This document shows positions 1 through 14,683 of a stretch of 64,000 bases of DNA, in pieces. Every line of letters begins with the position of its first letter. Positions within the stretch are counted from its first letter, which is position 1. The notes below the pieces were generated by a model that saw only the letters and a list, made by a program, of their open reading frames with translations, ran no database searches and was not told the DNA's origin. This stretch comes from Chrysomallon squamiferum (taxonomy: Eukaryota; Animalia; Mollusca), in NCBI GenBank assembly GCA_012295275.1, contig CM022665.1, positions 39,804,001 through 39,868,000 of the forward strand, given 5' to 3'. The translations under genes were made by a program, and so were the position numbers.

Positions 1-287
1 AATAAATAATAAACAATACAAATACAAAATAAACTAAAACTATATGAATAAAAGTGAAATGAATTTAAGCAAAATGAAATGAACGAATGAATAAATAAAT
101 AAATAAATAAAAATTTAATTATAACTCTACAGAATGACATAAATTAATAATGCAAAATAAATGAGAAAAAAACAAGGACAAAAGCAACAACAAACAACAA
201 ACAAAAAACAACAACAAAACAAACAAACCACAAACCACAAACAAGAAACAAAAAACAAAACAAAACAACAACAACAACAAAAAAAAC

Positions 288-318
<31 letters not shown>

Positions 319-406
319 AAAATACTGTTCTACAGAAAAACAACAATATAATAATAATAATAATAATAATAACAACAACAATAATAAAAACACTTCACAG
401 ACTGAC

Positions 407-2101
407 CTTCATAATCAATCTCGCCGTTGCCGTCGTTGTCGGCTTCCCTGACCATCTCCTCGACCTCCTCGTCCGTGAGTTTCTGTCCGAGGTTGGTCAA
501 CACTAATCTGAGCTCCGCGGCACTGATGGATCCACTTCCGTCCTTGTCAAACACCCTGAACGCTTGTCTCATGTCCTCCTCGCTGTCCATGCATTCCGCC
601 ATCTGACGCGACACCATGGCCAGGAATTCGTTAAACTCAATGCTTCCGTTGCCTGGGGAAAAAAAAAAAAAAAAAATAAATTTAAAGAAATAGCCGTTCA
701 GTTTTACGTGATGCATATATATTAGAGATTTAGTTTAGTTTAGTTTCTCGAGTTCTCGGTACGAAAGAATGTAAAAATACAGTGGTACCTGTCTAATACG
801 GACACCTGTGGGGCCGAGCAAAAATGTCCGTACATTGCAGGTGTCCCCTCATCAGAGGGACAAAAATTACAGAGAGGTTTTTTTTGGAACAGATTTTACA
901 ATCTTTATTCACATACACGGCAGCAGTACTCGTTGATATTGCCGTAGCAAAAACATCGCGGATTTGTTTTAAAACACAACTGCCAATATATGGAGTTCAT
1001 TTATTTTGCACGTCATAAAACTCATAATAAGCATATGTTTTACAAAATATTGCGTTTGAAAACCAAATAGAACTCCGATTTGTGCCAGTCGCACCTTCTT
1101 TTCGACCTCAAAAGACCGCTATGATGCGGTGTTTATAAAACATAAATATGCTTAGAATGATGTTGAATGACTGAGTTATCAAAATTATACCTTTTATGTT
1201 AGATAATAATCACAGATGGTTATTACATTTATTTCAAAATTATTTTTATCTTGACATCATTTTAAATAACGATTTGTACAAAATGTTTGAATTTCTCTTT
1301 CTTTAAGTTGTTGTTGATGTTGCTGGGATGATATCAGTTACGTAATACAAAAAACAGAATTTGAATTTCTACACACCATCGACGTCTACCTCGTTGATCA
1401 TGTTCTGCAGCTCATCTTCCGTTGGTGTTTGACCTAGTGACCTCATTACAGTTGCCAGCTCTTTAGTGCTTATGGCGCCACTTCCGTCTTTGTCAAATAA
1501 ACTGAAAGCTTCCCTGATATCTGTTTTTGTAATATAATATAATATAATATAATTTGCAGTGTAATGCAATGTAATATAGTATAATATAAAGCAATAAAAA
1601 TGAAAATAAAAATAGATGTTGTAATTATTGAACGGGATCCATAGCGGGTTCTGCTATATTTATTTCGAGAGACTAAAACTTTCTCGCACACATCTACATT
1701 TAACTATAGACTAAAACAGCTGAGGTTCAGACACTCAGTTCAGTTAACCCATAATAGTATTCTGTGTATTAGCAGATGTCATGTTGCCCGGGCATCTAAC
1801 TTTTTCCATAGCTTAGGGCCTCGCGACATGTAAACCCCGCCCCTTGTGACACTTGTCCAATAGCAAGCTTGCTTCCTGACATGATAGACAGATCGTAGAT
1901 CACGCGTGTCACTGCCTGCCATGTTTAGACACTGCACGTCAAATGCAGGGAGTTTACCAGTTTAAATTTCTGGGTCAAAGCATGGTGGAGTGTATCATAA
2001 AGGAAAGAACTGTTTCAAATCAAGACGGCTATGATCACAAAGGCAGTAACAACACCTTCATCGTCATCATCATCATCAGCAACAACGACATCAATAATAA
2101 T

Positions 2102-2173
<72 letters not shown>

Positions 2174-2655
2174 GATAATTACTGATAATAATAATAATAA
2201 ATATCATAATGTCATAATGATGATTATGATGATGGTAATAATAATAATAATAATAAGAAGAAACATAATAATAATAGCTATCCTAAGTTTTAAATTGAAT
2301 ATAAAAATAATATAGAACTAATACAAAATATGTTTCACATTATAATTCTTGCTGATAACAGCTTTCAACCAGTTAAAAATAAATATCACATGTTAATATT
2401 TGTCGAATTAAAATTAATCCAGTATAATACAAACATCAAATGCATTCTGCACTAAATATGACTTCATTTTAGGGAAAAAAAAAAAAAAAAAAAAAAAAAT
2501 GTTTTGATCACAATAACTTATTCATATTTTAATATAATTTATTTATTTACTTATTTATATATTACCACACTTTGATGTCAACTGAAAGATTACTTCTGTA
2601 CTGGGTAAATGAATTCAGCTGTGTTTCGAGTATTAGCGCGTTAAATATTGAAATG

Positions 2656-2705
<50 letters not shown>

Positions 2706-4859
2706 TAAAATTGTAAAAATTAATTGTATTAAGGGACTATGTAAAGAGTATTGAATAACCAGCGTTTAATTCAATGAACTGTAATACTGTAATTAAGGTA
2801 TCATTTATTTATTTATTTATTTTGTTAGTTAGTTTGTTAGTTAGTTATTTAGTTAGTATCCTTTCATTAGAACAGTCATTCAGTAATTCAGTATTACAGT
2901 AATTCATCTGAAGCAGTGAATTAAAAGCTTTTTAAACTGTATTGTCAGTTAAAATATTATCATTTTGATGGGTATTTCTATATATATATATATAGCAAGT
3001 TGTAATTAAAATTATTTTTAACTTTGTTCGATTTTATGTAAAAAATGTCTCATAAATATGTATTAGTTGACTAAATAAGATCACAAAAACCGTTAATATT
3101 TTAGCCAAAATTAAAAAGTCTGAAGAGGCTTCCAAGATTAAATTTAATAACATTTTTGAGAAGGTCAAACAGTCCAAGGAGATTTCCATTACCAAAGAAT
3201 TATTTTTGAAAATTTCCATATCTGTGAGAAAAAGCAACAAAAAGAGATGAATAAAATTTAAATGCAAAAGCCTGCGTAGCTCAGTCGGTAGAACATTAGA
3301 CTTTTAATCTGAGGGGTCTAGGGTTCGAGTCCCTACGTGGACTTTTAAACAAACAGCATTGTTGTTACTGTTTTATTACATAAAATGAATTTATTTAAAA
3401 CCATTTGTTTCCATAATTCAGTCTTTTTTAAACTGATTAAACACTTACCATTAATTTGATCTTCTGTGAGATTTTCGGCCTGGAAAAAAAAGAAGAAGAA
3501 AAAAAGAAAAATATATATAATTAAAATAATAATAAAAAAAAATCAACAACATTAAAATAAATGATAGAACCAAATTATATAGATCTATTAATAAATAAAA
3601 AACTAGAAGTCTTCATAAAACCGATTAAAAGAAATATTAAAACAAACTTTTTAAAATCAACAGTTACTTAACTATATTAATACCAATTTGTTTCATTCTG
3701 AATATAAAAAATGAATTCTTATTTCGTTTTCTTGCTTCTTCGTTCTTTTTGTTTCTGTTTCTCTACTTCATGTCGTAAGTAATCAGCGTATAACTTTGAC
3801 AAATTTTGCTCTCCTTCCGAAGATAATAGTGTTCTAATTATTCTATTAAACAATCAAACACTATGTGCATGGTTAAGCAACATCATCAACGAGTCCCAAC
3901 AGTAAGACAACGGCTTTGACGTTATGACAGCAACTTTGACACTTAATATTACAACAATAGCCTTGACTCGTAACTTTGAGACAACGATTTTGACTTGACA
4001 TTACAGCAACAGCAACAACAGTTGCTTCTTAATGTCATGGCACTGACTTAGTATTACGACAATGGTCTTGACTCTTAACGTTAACGTAACGGCCTTGACT
4101 TCTACGTTAAGGCAACGATGTTGTATTTGCGTAACGGCAACATCCTTACCTCTTGAATTGCATCTCTGTATGGGATTTAAAGCAAATTTAACTAGGGTTG
4201 GGTAAGCCCAATAGAAAAAAGAATTTCTTCTATATAAACTCATTAACAAACAGAGCGACTCTAACATTTTCTTCAGCAGACGAGCTTGGCTTCTTGTTTG
4301 AAAGAAAGAATTGCTTGTGCTTTCAATGAATATTAAAGCATACTGAATAATTTATTTATATTAGAAATCAAGTGTTTGAGTCATTATTTAAAAAGGCCAG
4401 AGAATGAAAACAGTAAAACTATTTTCACACATATACTCATATCAAAATTTGTAAAATATATTTGTCAAAACAAATAAAAATAAATAAATGAATAAAAATA
4501 AAATAATAATAATAATAATAAAATACTCGTATTCTGATTTATTATTAAAACGTACTTATTATATATAAGAAGCCATCACAGAGCTTAAGTAAACATTTGT
4601 GACAAATAATATTTAAACCGTAGAGCAAAACACACAGAGCATACCTATTTTTACTGGAAATGAAAACAATAAAATAAAATAAAATATGAAATGACAAAAA
4701 AAAAATAATAATAAAATAAAAAAAAATTATAAATGAAAATTAAAATGAATGATTTAAACAAATTGCTTTCGAAAAACAACATTCTAACAAACAGATCCTT
4801 AAAAAGTTTTAAAAAAGCAAAAAACCAACAACAAAAAAAAAAAAAAAAAAACATACCAT
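407..4859 (-). CDS. Calmodulin-like protein 1 (four EF-hands); 3'-partial, terminal exon not found and probably left of the window
   Basis: Exons on -: 4857-4859 (ATG|gtatgt), 3449-3479 (31 nt), 1377-1520 (144 nt), 407-652 (246 nt), all GT-AG and in frame. Translation: [141 protein letters not shown]. The ATG-only first coding exon and 31/144-nt exons match calmodulin gene structure, but the protein is too divergent for canonical CaM. Confidence 0.92.
778..870 (+). mobile_element. Probable terminal fragment of a Tc1/mariner (pogo/Tigger-like) non-autonomous element
   Basis: TA followed by CAGTGGTACCTGTCTAATACGGACACC with internal GGACAC/GTGTCC sub-repeats, typical of TA-targeting CAGT-ended TIRs. 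The partner TIR was not found; the end coordinate is approximate. Confidence 0.5.
3270..3343 (+). tRNA. tRNA-Lys(TTT)-like gene or pseudogene, antisense within intron 2 of calmodulin-like gene 1
   Basis: GCCTGCG TA GCTCAGTCGGTAGAAC A TTAGA CTTTTAA TCTGA GGGGTC TAGGG TTCGAGT CCCTA CGTGGAC T. Cloverleaf with TTT anticodon, A and B boxes and a following TTTT. C-A mismatches in the acceptor and D stems and one extra G in the variable loop. Confidence 0.8.
3900..4150. repeat. Degenerate short-period tandem repeat in intron 1 of calmodulin-like gene 1
   Basis: Recurring ACAAC/GTAAC..(C/T)TTGAC units (e.g. gacaacggctttgac, acaatagccttgac, gtaacggccttgac) at roughly 20-30 nt spacing. Confidence 0.5.
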
Positions 4860-5297
4860 TTGTGATAAATTATATTCTTCTCCAAATCCAAAAACAATAA
4901 CAACAACAACAACGATAGCAAAAAATTTATATCATCCAACACATTCCATCAGAATTTTTTACATATCGTTTCACCACCGGTCCAGTTCACAATTCTGTAT
5001 AAAGCGTGGATTTTTAAACTCTATTCATAATTAAAACCAGCTTTTTTCTGGGAGTTGTTTCATGCTGGTCGCGCGTTCACGGTAAATACAAGAATGCAGA
5101 GTGTTTAAAATTATGGAGAAATCGTCACTATTTGTGTTGATCTTTGGAGGCATTTTCAGCTGAATCAGAAACGTGATGTAAATGTCAAATATTTCACATT
5201 ATTTCAGTGACTGTTAGTGCGATTGTTGTTGCCTTGGTAGTCATTGTATGGTGTTATAGTATAATTTTATAATTACTGATACTGTTTTATATATATA

Positions 5298-5332
<35 letters not shown>

Positions 5333-5827
5333 AAATATTTATATATATGTATGTGAATGTGTGTGTATGTGTGTGTGTGTGTGTGTGATACACTGAAAAA
5401 TGAAGATTTTCTGGCGGCGCTATATTATATCAATGAAAACTGGTTGTTATAGAATATGTCACACACACACACACACAAACATACACTTGTTTTCCAATTA
5501 TTACTATTATTATGACATGCGGCTAATGTAATATTATACCCTATGCTTTCCCAGTCAGTACTTTTTTTCATTATAATACTTAAAATTATATTCATTACAC
5601 TGGTGACGCATGCCTTTTCCGAAAATCCTTGGTAATGGAAATGAAATATTACTTCTATTATGTACAAACTGATCTCATCGCCCATAGTAAAGTTTGTTTG
5701 TTAGAAGTGTACGGTACATGTTCAAATGTGTCACCTGTCAGGGTCTGCATGGTTCAATAGACGAATTATAATGCAAATTAACTAAAGATATTTAGCTCAG
5801 GTAATAAATAACGTTAGTTTTAGTGTG

Positions 5828-5901
<74 letters not shown>

Positions 5902-6155
5902 ATATATATAACATAGATTTATATACTGAACGCCAGCCTGTTGGAGTTGGTATCTGATTTTCTTATTAATAACGGTTTACAGACTTTACTAATTGTCAGA
6001 ACTGAGCTGTATTTAATAATTTTTAAATCACAAATGATGATTAGATTATGTTCATTCAGTAATTAATATAAATTTTTACTATGCACTTACTTATCTATTT
6101 AGATAACATATTATTTTTCTGTCAGTGTACGTTTTAGATTTGCATTAAAGAAAAC

Positions 6156-6197
<42 letters not shown>

Positions 6198-7488
6198 TTT
6201 ACAAAAATGTAACAACAATATGTCTTCCTACGTCATGGTTATAGGATACATTAAAAATCTTCGGACTTGTTTTTGAAGGCGGCAAAGATTTGTAAAACGA
6301 TTTTCATTGGCTAAAAGAATGCGCATTGCGACAAAACCTAGCCTATTATTATTTTATTTTTTTATTTTATAAACCGGATCATTCGTGTCAATATTTTTAA
6401 ATTCCGTACGTCAATATCTGCGAGGTAAATGCCTACGCATGCGTATAAAAATGTGTGTTCTAGTAGAATATAAATATTTATGGCACGGGGGGGGGGGAGG
6501 AATGACAGTAATAAAATGTAAAATCGTTAATAATTTATGCTTAAAATAAGTTTTGATTTTCATTCTAGGCTAAATTAAACAACACACACACACACACACA
6601 CACTAAATCGTCAAAACTGATTCCACGCTGACCTAATTCTTACTCTATCTAGCGCTGCGCAACTGGTTTATCAAACACCGTGGTATGTGATAACCTAACC
6701 CAAGATTTAAATTTAACATTCCTTGCTTTTAACCTTTATTAAAATAACAACAAGATGAACAAATTTGTCTTAAAACACAATAGGAGGTATACCTATTGTT
6801 TGCTTATCAACACCGGTATAATTTTATTATCAGTTTATGAACTTAAATTGGTAATTAATCATTAGATTATCGTCGTATAACCAGCGATCCTTCATTTTCA
6901 TTACCACTTTATGTCGACTGAGTTAATGACATCATCTACAGTGAATCAAGAAACCACTATGAGTAATAAAATTAATACTGGTCGACTTAACAACAAGTAT
7001 TCAAAAATAAACGACAACAAAAGTTACTTTCATCCAGTTTAACCAGTTTTCCACAAGATAGAACGATGTCTATGTTTTCGAAAACCTGCTTGGCCTGTTA
7101 TTTTCAGTTTACCCTGACGTCAAGATATGTTTGAATAAACTGCATTGTGCGGAATCTCACATATCAAATATTGTCGCTTCATGTTTGTCATGGTTGATAG
7201 TGGCGGGAAACTAATATGACCTCTGGGTCAAATACGGCGATAACTGTCGCAAGGCCTAATTTGTGGTTCATATTTTACAGCATCTTAAAAGAGAAGCAGT
7301 ATTGTAAATTATATACAGAATATTATGAAGACATTTATAATATTACACCTTATTTGTCTAACGTTAAAGAATCAAATTTACACTATTATTATTATTTGTT
7401 TATTTTAGTCCACATATATTTTCCTTATTTTTCTGTACCCATTCCAGTTTTTGTATGTATCTATTATGTCTGTATTTATGAAAGTATA

Positions 7489-7539
<51 letters not shown>

Positions 7540-8238
7540 GTAGATAGTAGGAAGGTCTGAAAAAAGAAAATATCCCAATAGGATAAATATTATTTATTTA
7601 TTTATTTTTACAATTGTACATTTGTTTATTTGCTGGCTTGTTTATTTTAGATGTTGTCAATACGTGCTTATATATTTGTTCTCAAGTGTTATTTAAACCT
7701 GTTTAACACAGAAAGACCCAGCCAGCCAGCCAGCCAGACAGACAGACAGTAATACAATCTAATCCTAGCTACATCTTACCTAGCTAATGCGAATTAGTAA
7801 ATAAGAAATTTATATTTTGTCTTAACTATCTGATATTACATTTTCTGGATGAATTTATTTTAGTAATATTTTGTACTAATTTTGCGTATAATATTGTGAA
7901 ATTGTGAAACCTATTATAATTAATAATTTTCTTATGCTTCGTTGTAGTCGATGTCTGAGACCACTAAGTGTGTAAGAGTTATTTCCCCTTAATAATTTTC
8001 TTACTCTACTAAGTCAAATGTTTTAATAATCTACCTACTTAGGGCTATGATGATGATGATGATGATGATAATAATATTAATATTAATAATATAAAACAAA
8101 TTTATTAAAATAACTACATAATAATATTATTTGTGTAATAAATATTATTACAAGATTGCATAGATATTTTAATAATGTTTTGATCAGAGAATAGTTTTTA
8201 AAGGCTTTCCCTGGTCGCTATCTTCCACTCTTGTGACG

Positions 8239-8449
8239 TTACGTATTCACCATCATTCTGACAAATTCTACAAAACAACAAATAAAAATTTATATTAAAT
8301 ACTGAATGAACATAACTATTTGTGATTTAAAGTATGAGTGAAGTCTGTAATCCGTTAATAAGAAAATCAGTTACAAACTGCAACAACCTAGCGTTAAAAA
8401 TATAAATCAATGTTTTATATAATATTTCATTAATTACTGTAAGTGTAAT

Positions 8450-8520
<71 letters not shown>

Positions 8521-9275
8521 GGATAATTTTGTTAATTTTAACACCATCTCTTATCTTCAACAACCATTCAACCTTCATTCATGTTATCTTTGGCAATATA
8601 TTTATACAATATTAACTGAGCTAAAGAATATCTATTTCTGTGACGAAATAATTTAATAAGATTTTTTGAAAATTGTTATAGATATGTATGCACTTTTATT
8701 TTAAATCGTAGTATTATTATTTTGTGCAGTTATTAATCCTTTGTTTGTCTAATAGTATTTATGTGGTCAGTCTGTCTGCTGTGAACAAACCTCTGTAGTT
8801 TATTTGGCCGTCTCCGTCTGTGTCTGCTTCTCTTATCATCTCATCTACTTCTTCGTCTGTCAATTTCTCCCCCAGGTTAGTCATCACGTGACGTAACTCC
8901 GCCGCACTGATGAAACCATTTTGGTCTTTGTCGAAAACCTCGAAGGCGCTTAGAATGTCTTCTTCTGATCCTTGGTTCCTTTTCGTTTTCGCCATCATGG
9001 TGAGGAACTCTGGGAAATCTATGGCTCCATTTTCTGTTATATGGAATGCAGTACGAAAAAGACAAAGATGAAAACGACGACGATGATGACAGTGGTTAAT
9101 TACTATTATTATTATTATTATTATTATTATTTGTAGACAAAGAAATAATTTAATTCTTGAAAACGACAACAATTTTATGTTACCTTACGTTAACGTTACA
9201 AACGTCTCAAAGTTAATGAATTAATTTTTTATTTTATTGTTATTATAATATGTGATTAGTAAAATAAGTAAGTAA

Positions 9276-9307
<32 letters not shown>

Positions 9308-9704
9308 AGTCATTTTAAATATGTCAAATATAAATGTATTCACAGCACTAACTATTGGAGTCGACTTCGCTGACCATCTCGTTAAGCTCTACGTCAGTGA
9401 CAGTACCTCCCAGAGACCTGACGACCGTACCCAGTTCCCGCGTTGTTATCACTCCATCCCCGTCCTTGTCAAACAAACTGAACGCTTCTTTGAATTCTGC
9501 AAGTGACTTAATTCTTATTACAAACATTTCGTTACGTACTTATTCTTATACTGGCACTTAATATTCTTAACATAGGAACACTATATGTCACTGGGTCCAG
9601 TAAAGTTTAGTTCGTTTGCTTGTTGTAGCAGGTTATACAAGTAAACTGAATTATTTCAGTTAAGTAGACATTTTGTTAAAATCATCTATTTGGAAAGGTA
9701 AAAA

Positions 9705-9736
<32 letters not shown>

Positions 9737-9918
9737 AATAAATAAATAAAAAAACAATTTAAAAAAATTAAAATTAAAATAAATCGATTATGAAGGTTAT
9801 ATTATTTTTTATTTTAACGACATCTCACACACTTAATAAAAGACAGTGTCTGATTTAGATTTGTTGACGCCCTAAGTTATATTAAACCCTGACGTTTTTT
9901 TTTCTTTTTTTTTTTTTT

Positions 9919-10002
<84 letters not shown>

Positions 10003-10221
10003 ATACACCATCTGGTTTCGGAAAACCTGAAAATATATATGCCTTTTAATTATTTAATAGCAGAGTGAACAAAACAAATTATTTTCAAATGAATACACTT
10101 ACTGATTACATATTAATATTAAAAGTAAGTATAAAACCAAGTCTGAAATTTTCTTGAGGCTCAGTGCAGTTTGTGGTGCCATAAGGTGTACCACTGTGAA
10201 AATGTGCCATTATTGTTACTG

Positions 10222-10273
<52 letters not shown>

Positions 10274-10766
10274 AAATATTTAAAGCTTAAGTTATATTCA
10301 AGTCATAATTTTGTTCTTTCTATAACGTGTACATACGTACAGGGCAGCACACACCTCCCCGTGGTTTTTCGTTATTACTTCCTTGAGTAAATTGTCCGAT
10401 ATCAAAAACATTTAAAAAAATCCACAGTGTTCAAATTGACCCTGATATTACCCGAATCTCGTGTGATCAGCATAAAACGCTAGTTACTTCTTCTAGAATT
10501 GCTGCTTATCTTTATTTAAAGTGTTCAGATACATTTTGTTATCTCCACGTCACTAAAGACACGTGAAAACAAGGTTTGGAGTTTAAAAAACACTGTTGAG
10601 ATCTGCCTATGGTAATGGCAAAGTATCTTAGTATATTTTGGTATTATTACATAAGTATAACTAAGAATCACATACCAGCAATTTGTTCCTCTGTAAATTG
10701 ACTCTGAAATGAAAACAGGAAAAATAAAAATAAAAATCATGACAACTACTGCTATATACGCAACAA

Positions 10767-10826
<60 letters not shown>

Positions 10827-11068
10827 CATCATCATCACTACTACTATCACAACATTACTACATCTCCATTTACTACTGCATTAATAGTAGTAGTAGTGGG
10901 AGTAGGTGTAGTAGTAGTAGCAGCAAAAGCAAAATTTAGTTAACAAATAAGTAAATAAATAAAATTAATAAAACAATACTTCATTTTAATTTAATAAAGA
11001 TTTTAAATCAATAAATAAATATTGTAGATGAAATAGAAATGAATAAAGAACGAAGAAATACAAACCAT
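8239..11068 (-). CDS. Calmodulin-like protein 2, 148 aa, four canonical EF-hand loops
   Basis: Exons on -: 11066-11068 (ATG|gtttgt), 10676-10703, 9353-9496, 8791-9033, 8239-8267 (TAA); 447 nt. Translation: [148 protein letters not shown]. Confidence 0.93.
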
Positions 11069-11369
11069 CGTAAATTATCCGGGGAAAATAATGATAGAGT
11101 GATATGTTCGTATCACTGATCTTTCTTGTTTCGTAACGCGATATTCTCTCGCCTGGATTAAAGTCTAAATAAGGGAGAGGTCATTTGTATCACGCTCTCT
11201 TTTAAACTGTTTCATTTCTTAATTTTTAATTTTTTTTTTCATTATTAATTTTTTTTTTTTTTTCTGAACTTCTTCATTCGTTCGTTCTCTCTTCCTTTCT
11301 TTCATGATCTTCTCTGAATGAATCAATGAAGCATATTTTAATGTCTACCCAATAAAAGAGGAAATCCGA

Positions 11370-11377
11370 TGACGTCA
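11370..11377. promoter_or_regulatory. Full palindromic CRE (TGACGTCA) ~300 nt upstream of the calmodulin-like 2 start codon
   Basis: Exact TGACGTCA in the divergent intergenic region between calmodulin-like genes 2 and 3. Function is inferred from motif and position only. Confidence 0.5.
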
Positions 11378-11603
11378 TTTAATGGGTTACTCTTACCAAT
11401 TGGCAGAGTTATATCTTAATTCATTTTCTTTTAATACCAAGAATTTTGTTATGCAATCTGTTGCACAGTCATAACGACACATATCATCTCTTTTAAAATG
11501 TATTATAACAATGTGTAAGTGTAAACTCAGTCATAATAATAGTACTACTAATACTGCTACTGCTATTACTATTACTACTAATACTAATACTAGCAATACT
11601 AGC

Positions 11604-11669
<66 letters not shown>

Positions 11670-12941
11670 AAGAATACAACAACAATCGTTTCTCCCTCAC
11701 TTACTAAACGTTATTAATGATGAATACGGTAGTTAATGATAGTTTATCTAGAGAGGTCAAAGTGCAGAGTTATCTTTCGAGAAACAGTAAAGTATACTTC
11801 AAAATAACATTATTATCTTGGAACGATCAAAAATTAAAAAAAAGGTTAATATATATATTTTTTAAATTAACAAAGTCATTAACTAAATAAATAAACAGTG
11901 TTAATGTCTGTTCTTTTCTCTTATAAACTTTTCTTTTATTATTATTACTGTTATTATTTTAATGTAAAATATATTTACTGTATACTTATTATGTAGTTGG
12001 CACAGGGCATGCTAATTATCTCCCTTACCGTCAGTGATCGAAATGGCATTTATCTGTACCCATATTACACACACTTTTAACCAGTTGTTTGCATGTAAGA
12101 ACAATAATCTTAAGTCATTAACCATATATTTTCTTTTGACTAAATTTTTTTTTTTTTTTTTTTTTTTAACAATACAAAATGACTTTTAATGATTTTATTT
12201 TATTATTATTATTTTTGTTTTCATTTATTGTTTGATATATTGATTGTCTGACTGATTTTGAGTACGGATATTACTTAACTGTTAGTAATATTATATTATA
12301 AGTAGTCTAATTAAAGATTTAAATCTTCTTTATCTTTCTTCCTTTTTTTTTTTTCTTTTCTCTATATCATTATATATATATATATATATATTGTTTATTT
12401 GTTTAAATTCATATATATAATGTTTGTTTAAGCTCAAAAGTAACAAGGTAATGTTAGAAACACTCATATTAAATTCTATGTGTTCACTGAAGGGAAACGA
12501 AACAAGTATTTTGAAACCACGTGTTGCTGTTGTGTGCTATTGTGTCAGTATGAATATTCATTTACATCATAAAAGAATTATATTACACGGTAGGATAACA
12601 GGAGTTTTGGGACTGGGTTTATTGATTTTAAACATAATTATTTTTATTCTCCGTTTCTTTCACGGTCAAACTGTCACACTCTCAGTCCTTTTCTTGTTTT
12701 TATTAAATAAAAAGAAAATAAGAAGAAAAAAAAAAAAGAAAGAAAGAAAGAAAAAAGACAGTAAGGAAGAACGTATGAAAAAAAGGAGGAGAACAAATGA
12801 GAAAGAAACAAAGAAAGAAAAGAAAAATAAAAATGAAAGAAGAAAGAAAAAAGAAAAGAAACAACATAAAATACGGTTCTTTTCGACCCCCCCCTTTTTC
12901 ATACGGTTAAATATTTTCTGTGAAGTATATACTGATTTCAA

Positions 12942-12984
<43 letters not shown>

Positions 12985-13104
12985 TGTAAAGACTTGACAT
13001 CATACTAAGTGAGTGGCTAGTTCTGATTTCAGATTAAACAAAACATAATTTGCTTGCTTTTTTCCCTTTCCTTTCCCTTTACTTTTTTCTTTCATTCTTC
13101 CCTC

Positions 13105-13148
<44 letters not shown>

Positions 13149-13624
13149 CTTAGCATTGTCAAAATAAAAATAAAAAATCCACAAAAACCAGCACTTCTGA
13201 ATAAAAAAGTTTAAACTCCGGAAAATTGCAGCAGATGGTTGAAAAGCGTGGGTGCGGCGTAACAAACATGACTGTAATCAAGTATCATATACCGCTTTTG
13301 TAAGTGCGCCATGTCAAGGCATAATATTAACCTAAATACAAATCCGTTTTTGTCCGCGACGTTCTGAAGCTCATACTGCGTGTCTCGTAGTAACATAGTT
13401 CTTTCACGCAAGCAGGTTTTGTTAAAGAGATAAAAAAAAAAAAAAAAAAAAATGTAACCTGTAACCTTTGACAAAAGGAAGAGTACAGCATCCAGCGCGC
13501 GCTCTCGTGCCATTATCAGGCGTCAGCGCCACGATTTTGTCGGCGAGTAACTCCCAACAGTAAATCTAGTAAATCTAGTAGCAGACGAAAACATTGTGGA
13601 CCCAGCATTAGGACGAATAACTGA

Positions 13625-14213
13625 ATGGTATGTATTATTTGTTTCGTTGTCTAATATTTTTTTTTATACTTAGTAAATCGATACTTATTTATTATTATTT
13701 TTTTAAATACATCTCTTTCTTTTGAATTAGTGCAGGCATACTTGTAATAGTAACCTATATTTCGCCACGTTAGGCTATCAGTGTTCTGGTTTTTATCGAA
13801 AGCGTACAGACAGAAATTTATTCCAAGACATTCCAGCCAAGCTGGTGGGTCAGAAATCGATTGCTGATGCATAATAGATGTCCCCAGTTTTAAGACAGCA
13901 GAAGTAGACTGTTGGAACACGAAACGTATTTGTGAAATTTTATACTGTCAATATGGTAGGCGTTACAGGGCTATCTAGACAAACTGTGACGTCAAAACGG
14001 TATATTTATTTTATACTAGAAATTCTAGATGGTGTGTTAGTTTAAAAAGTATTAATATTATTCAAATTTATGTATCATAAACAAAGTTTTATAAAAAGAC
14101 AGTTACTGTACCGACTGCATATCAAATTATTTATCGTATTAAAATTACATATCATTTGCAGTTTAATAATACATATTTGATTTTCTTGTGAAAATGTTCT
14201 TCTTTGATTTTAT

Positions 14214-14295
<82 letters not shown>

Positions 14296-14593
14296 AAATT
14301 TGTTAAAAGCTAGTAAGGTTATCTACGTAAAGTATGAGTCAGGCGTCTACAATATCGCTTTCCAAGCAGCTTATCTCTGTAACAAAATTTAGGTCGGTCG
14401 AGTTTAACTTGAAATGAGTTGATATGTTTACAAGAAATAAAAGACATGACAGGGTCTGCGCATTAACGGTGCATATTTTAAATAACAGCTGCATAGTGAG
14501 TCGATATCCCGTCGATATGAATATATCATCTGAAACAATCTCATTATCAATACATTTACCATGATAACAAATGTTAAATAGGTATTTTGTGAT

Positions 14594-14683
<90 letters not shown>

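Noticed and set aside
100-140. Possible terminal exon of calmodulin-like gene 1 (ctgtag|AGTTATAA on -)
   Set aside because: It would give only E-L-stop and lose the final EF-hand helix (F..MM) present in both paralogues. The real exon is probably outside the window.
1943-2315. Poly-N/poly-I ORFs, and similar poly-ER, poly-LS, poly-Y and poly-F ORFs elsewhere
   Set aside because: Microsatellite translations.
12424-13008. 194-aa ORF with hydrophobic and K/E/R-rich segments
   Set aside because: Produced by purine-rich low-complexity sequence and (AAT)n, with a non-ATG start and no domain or splice support.
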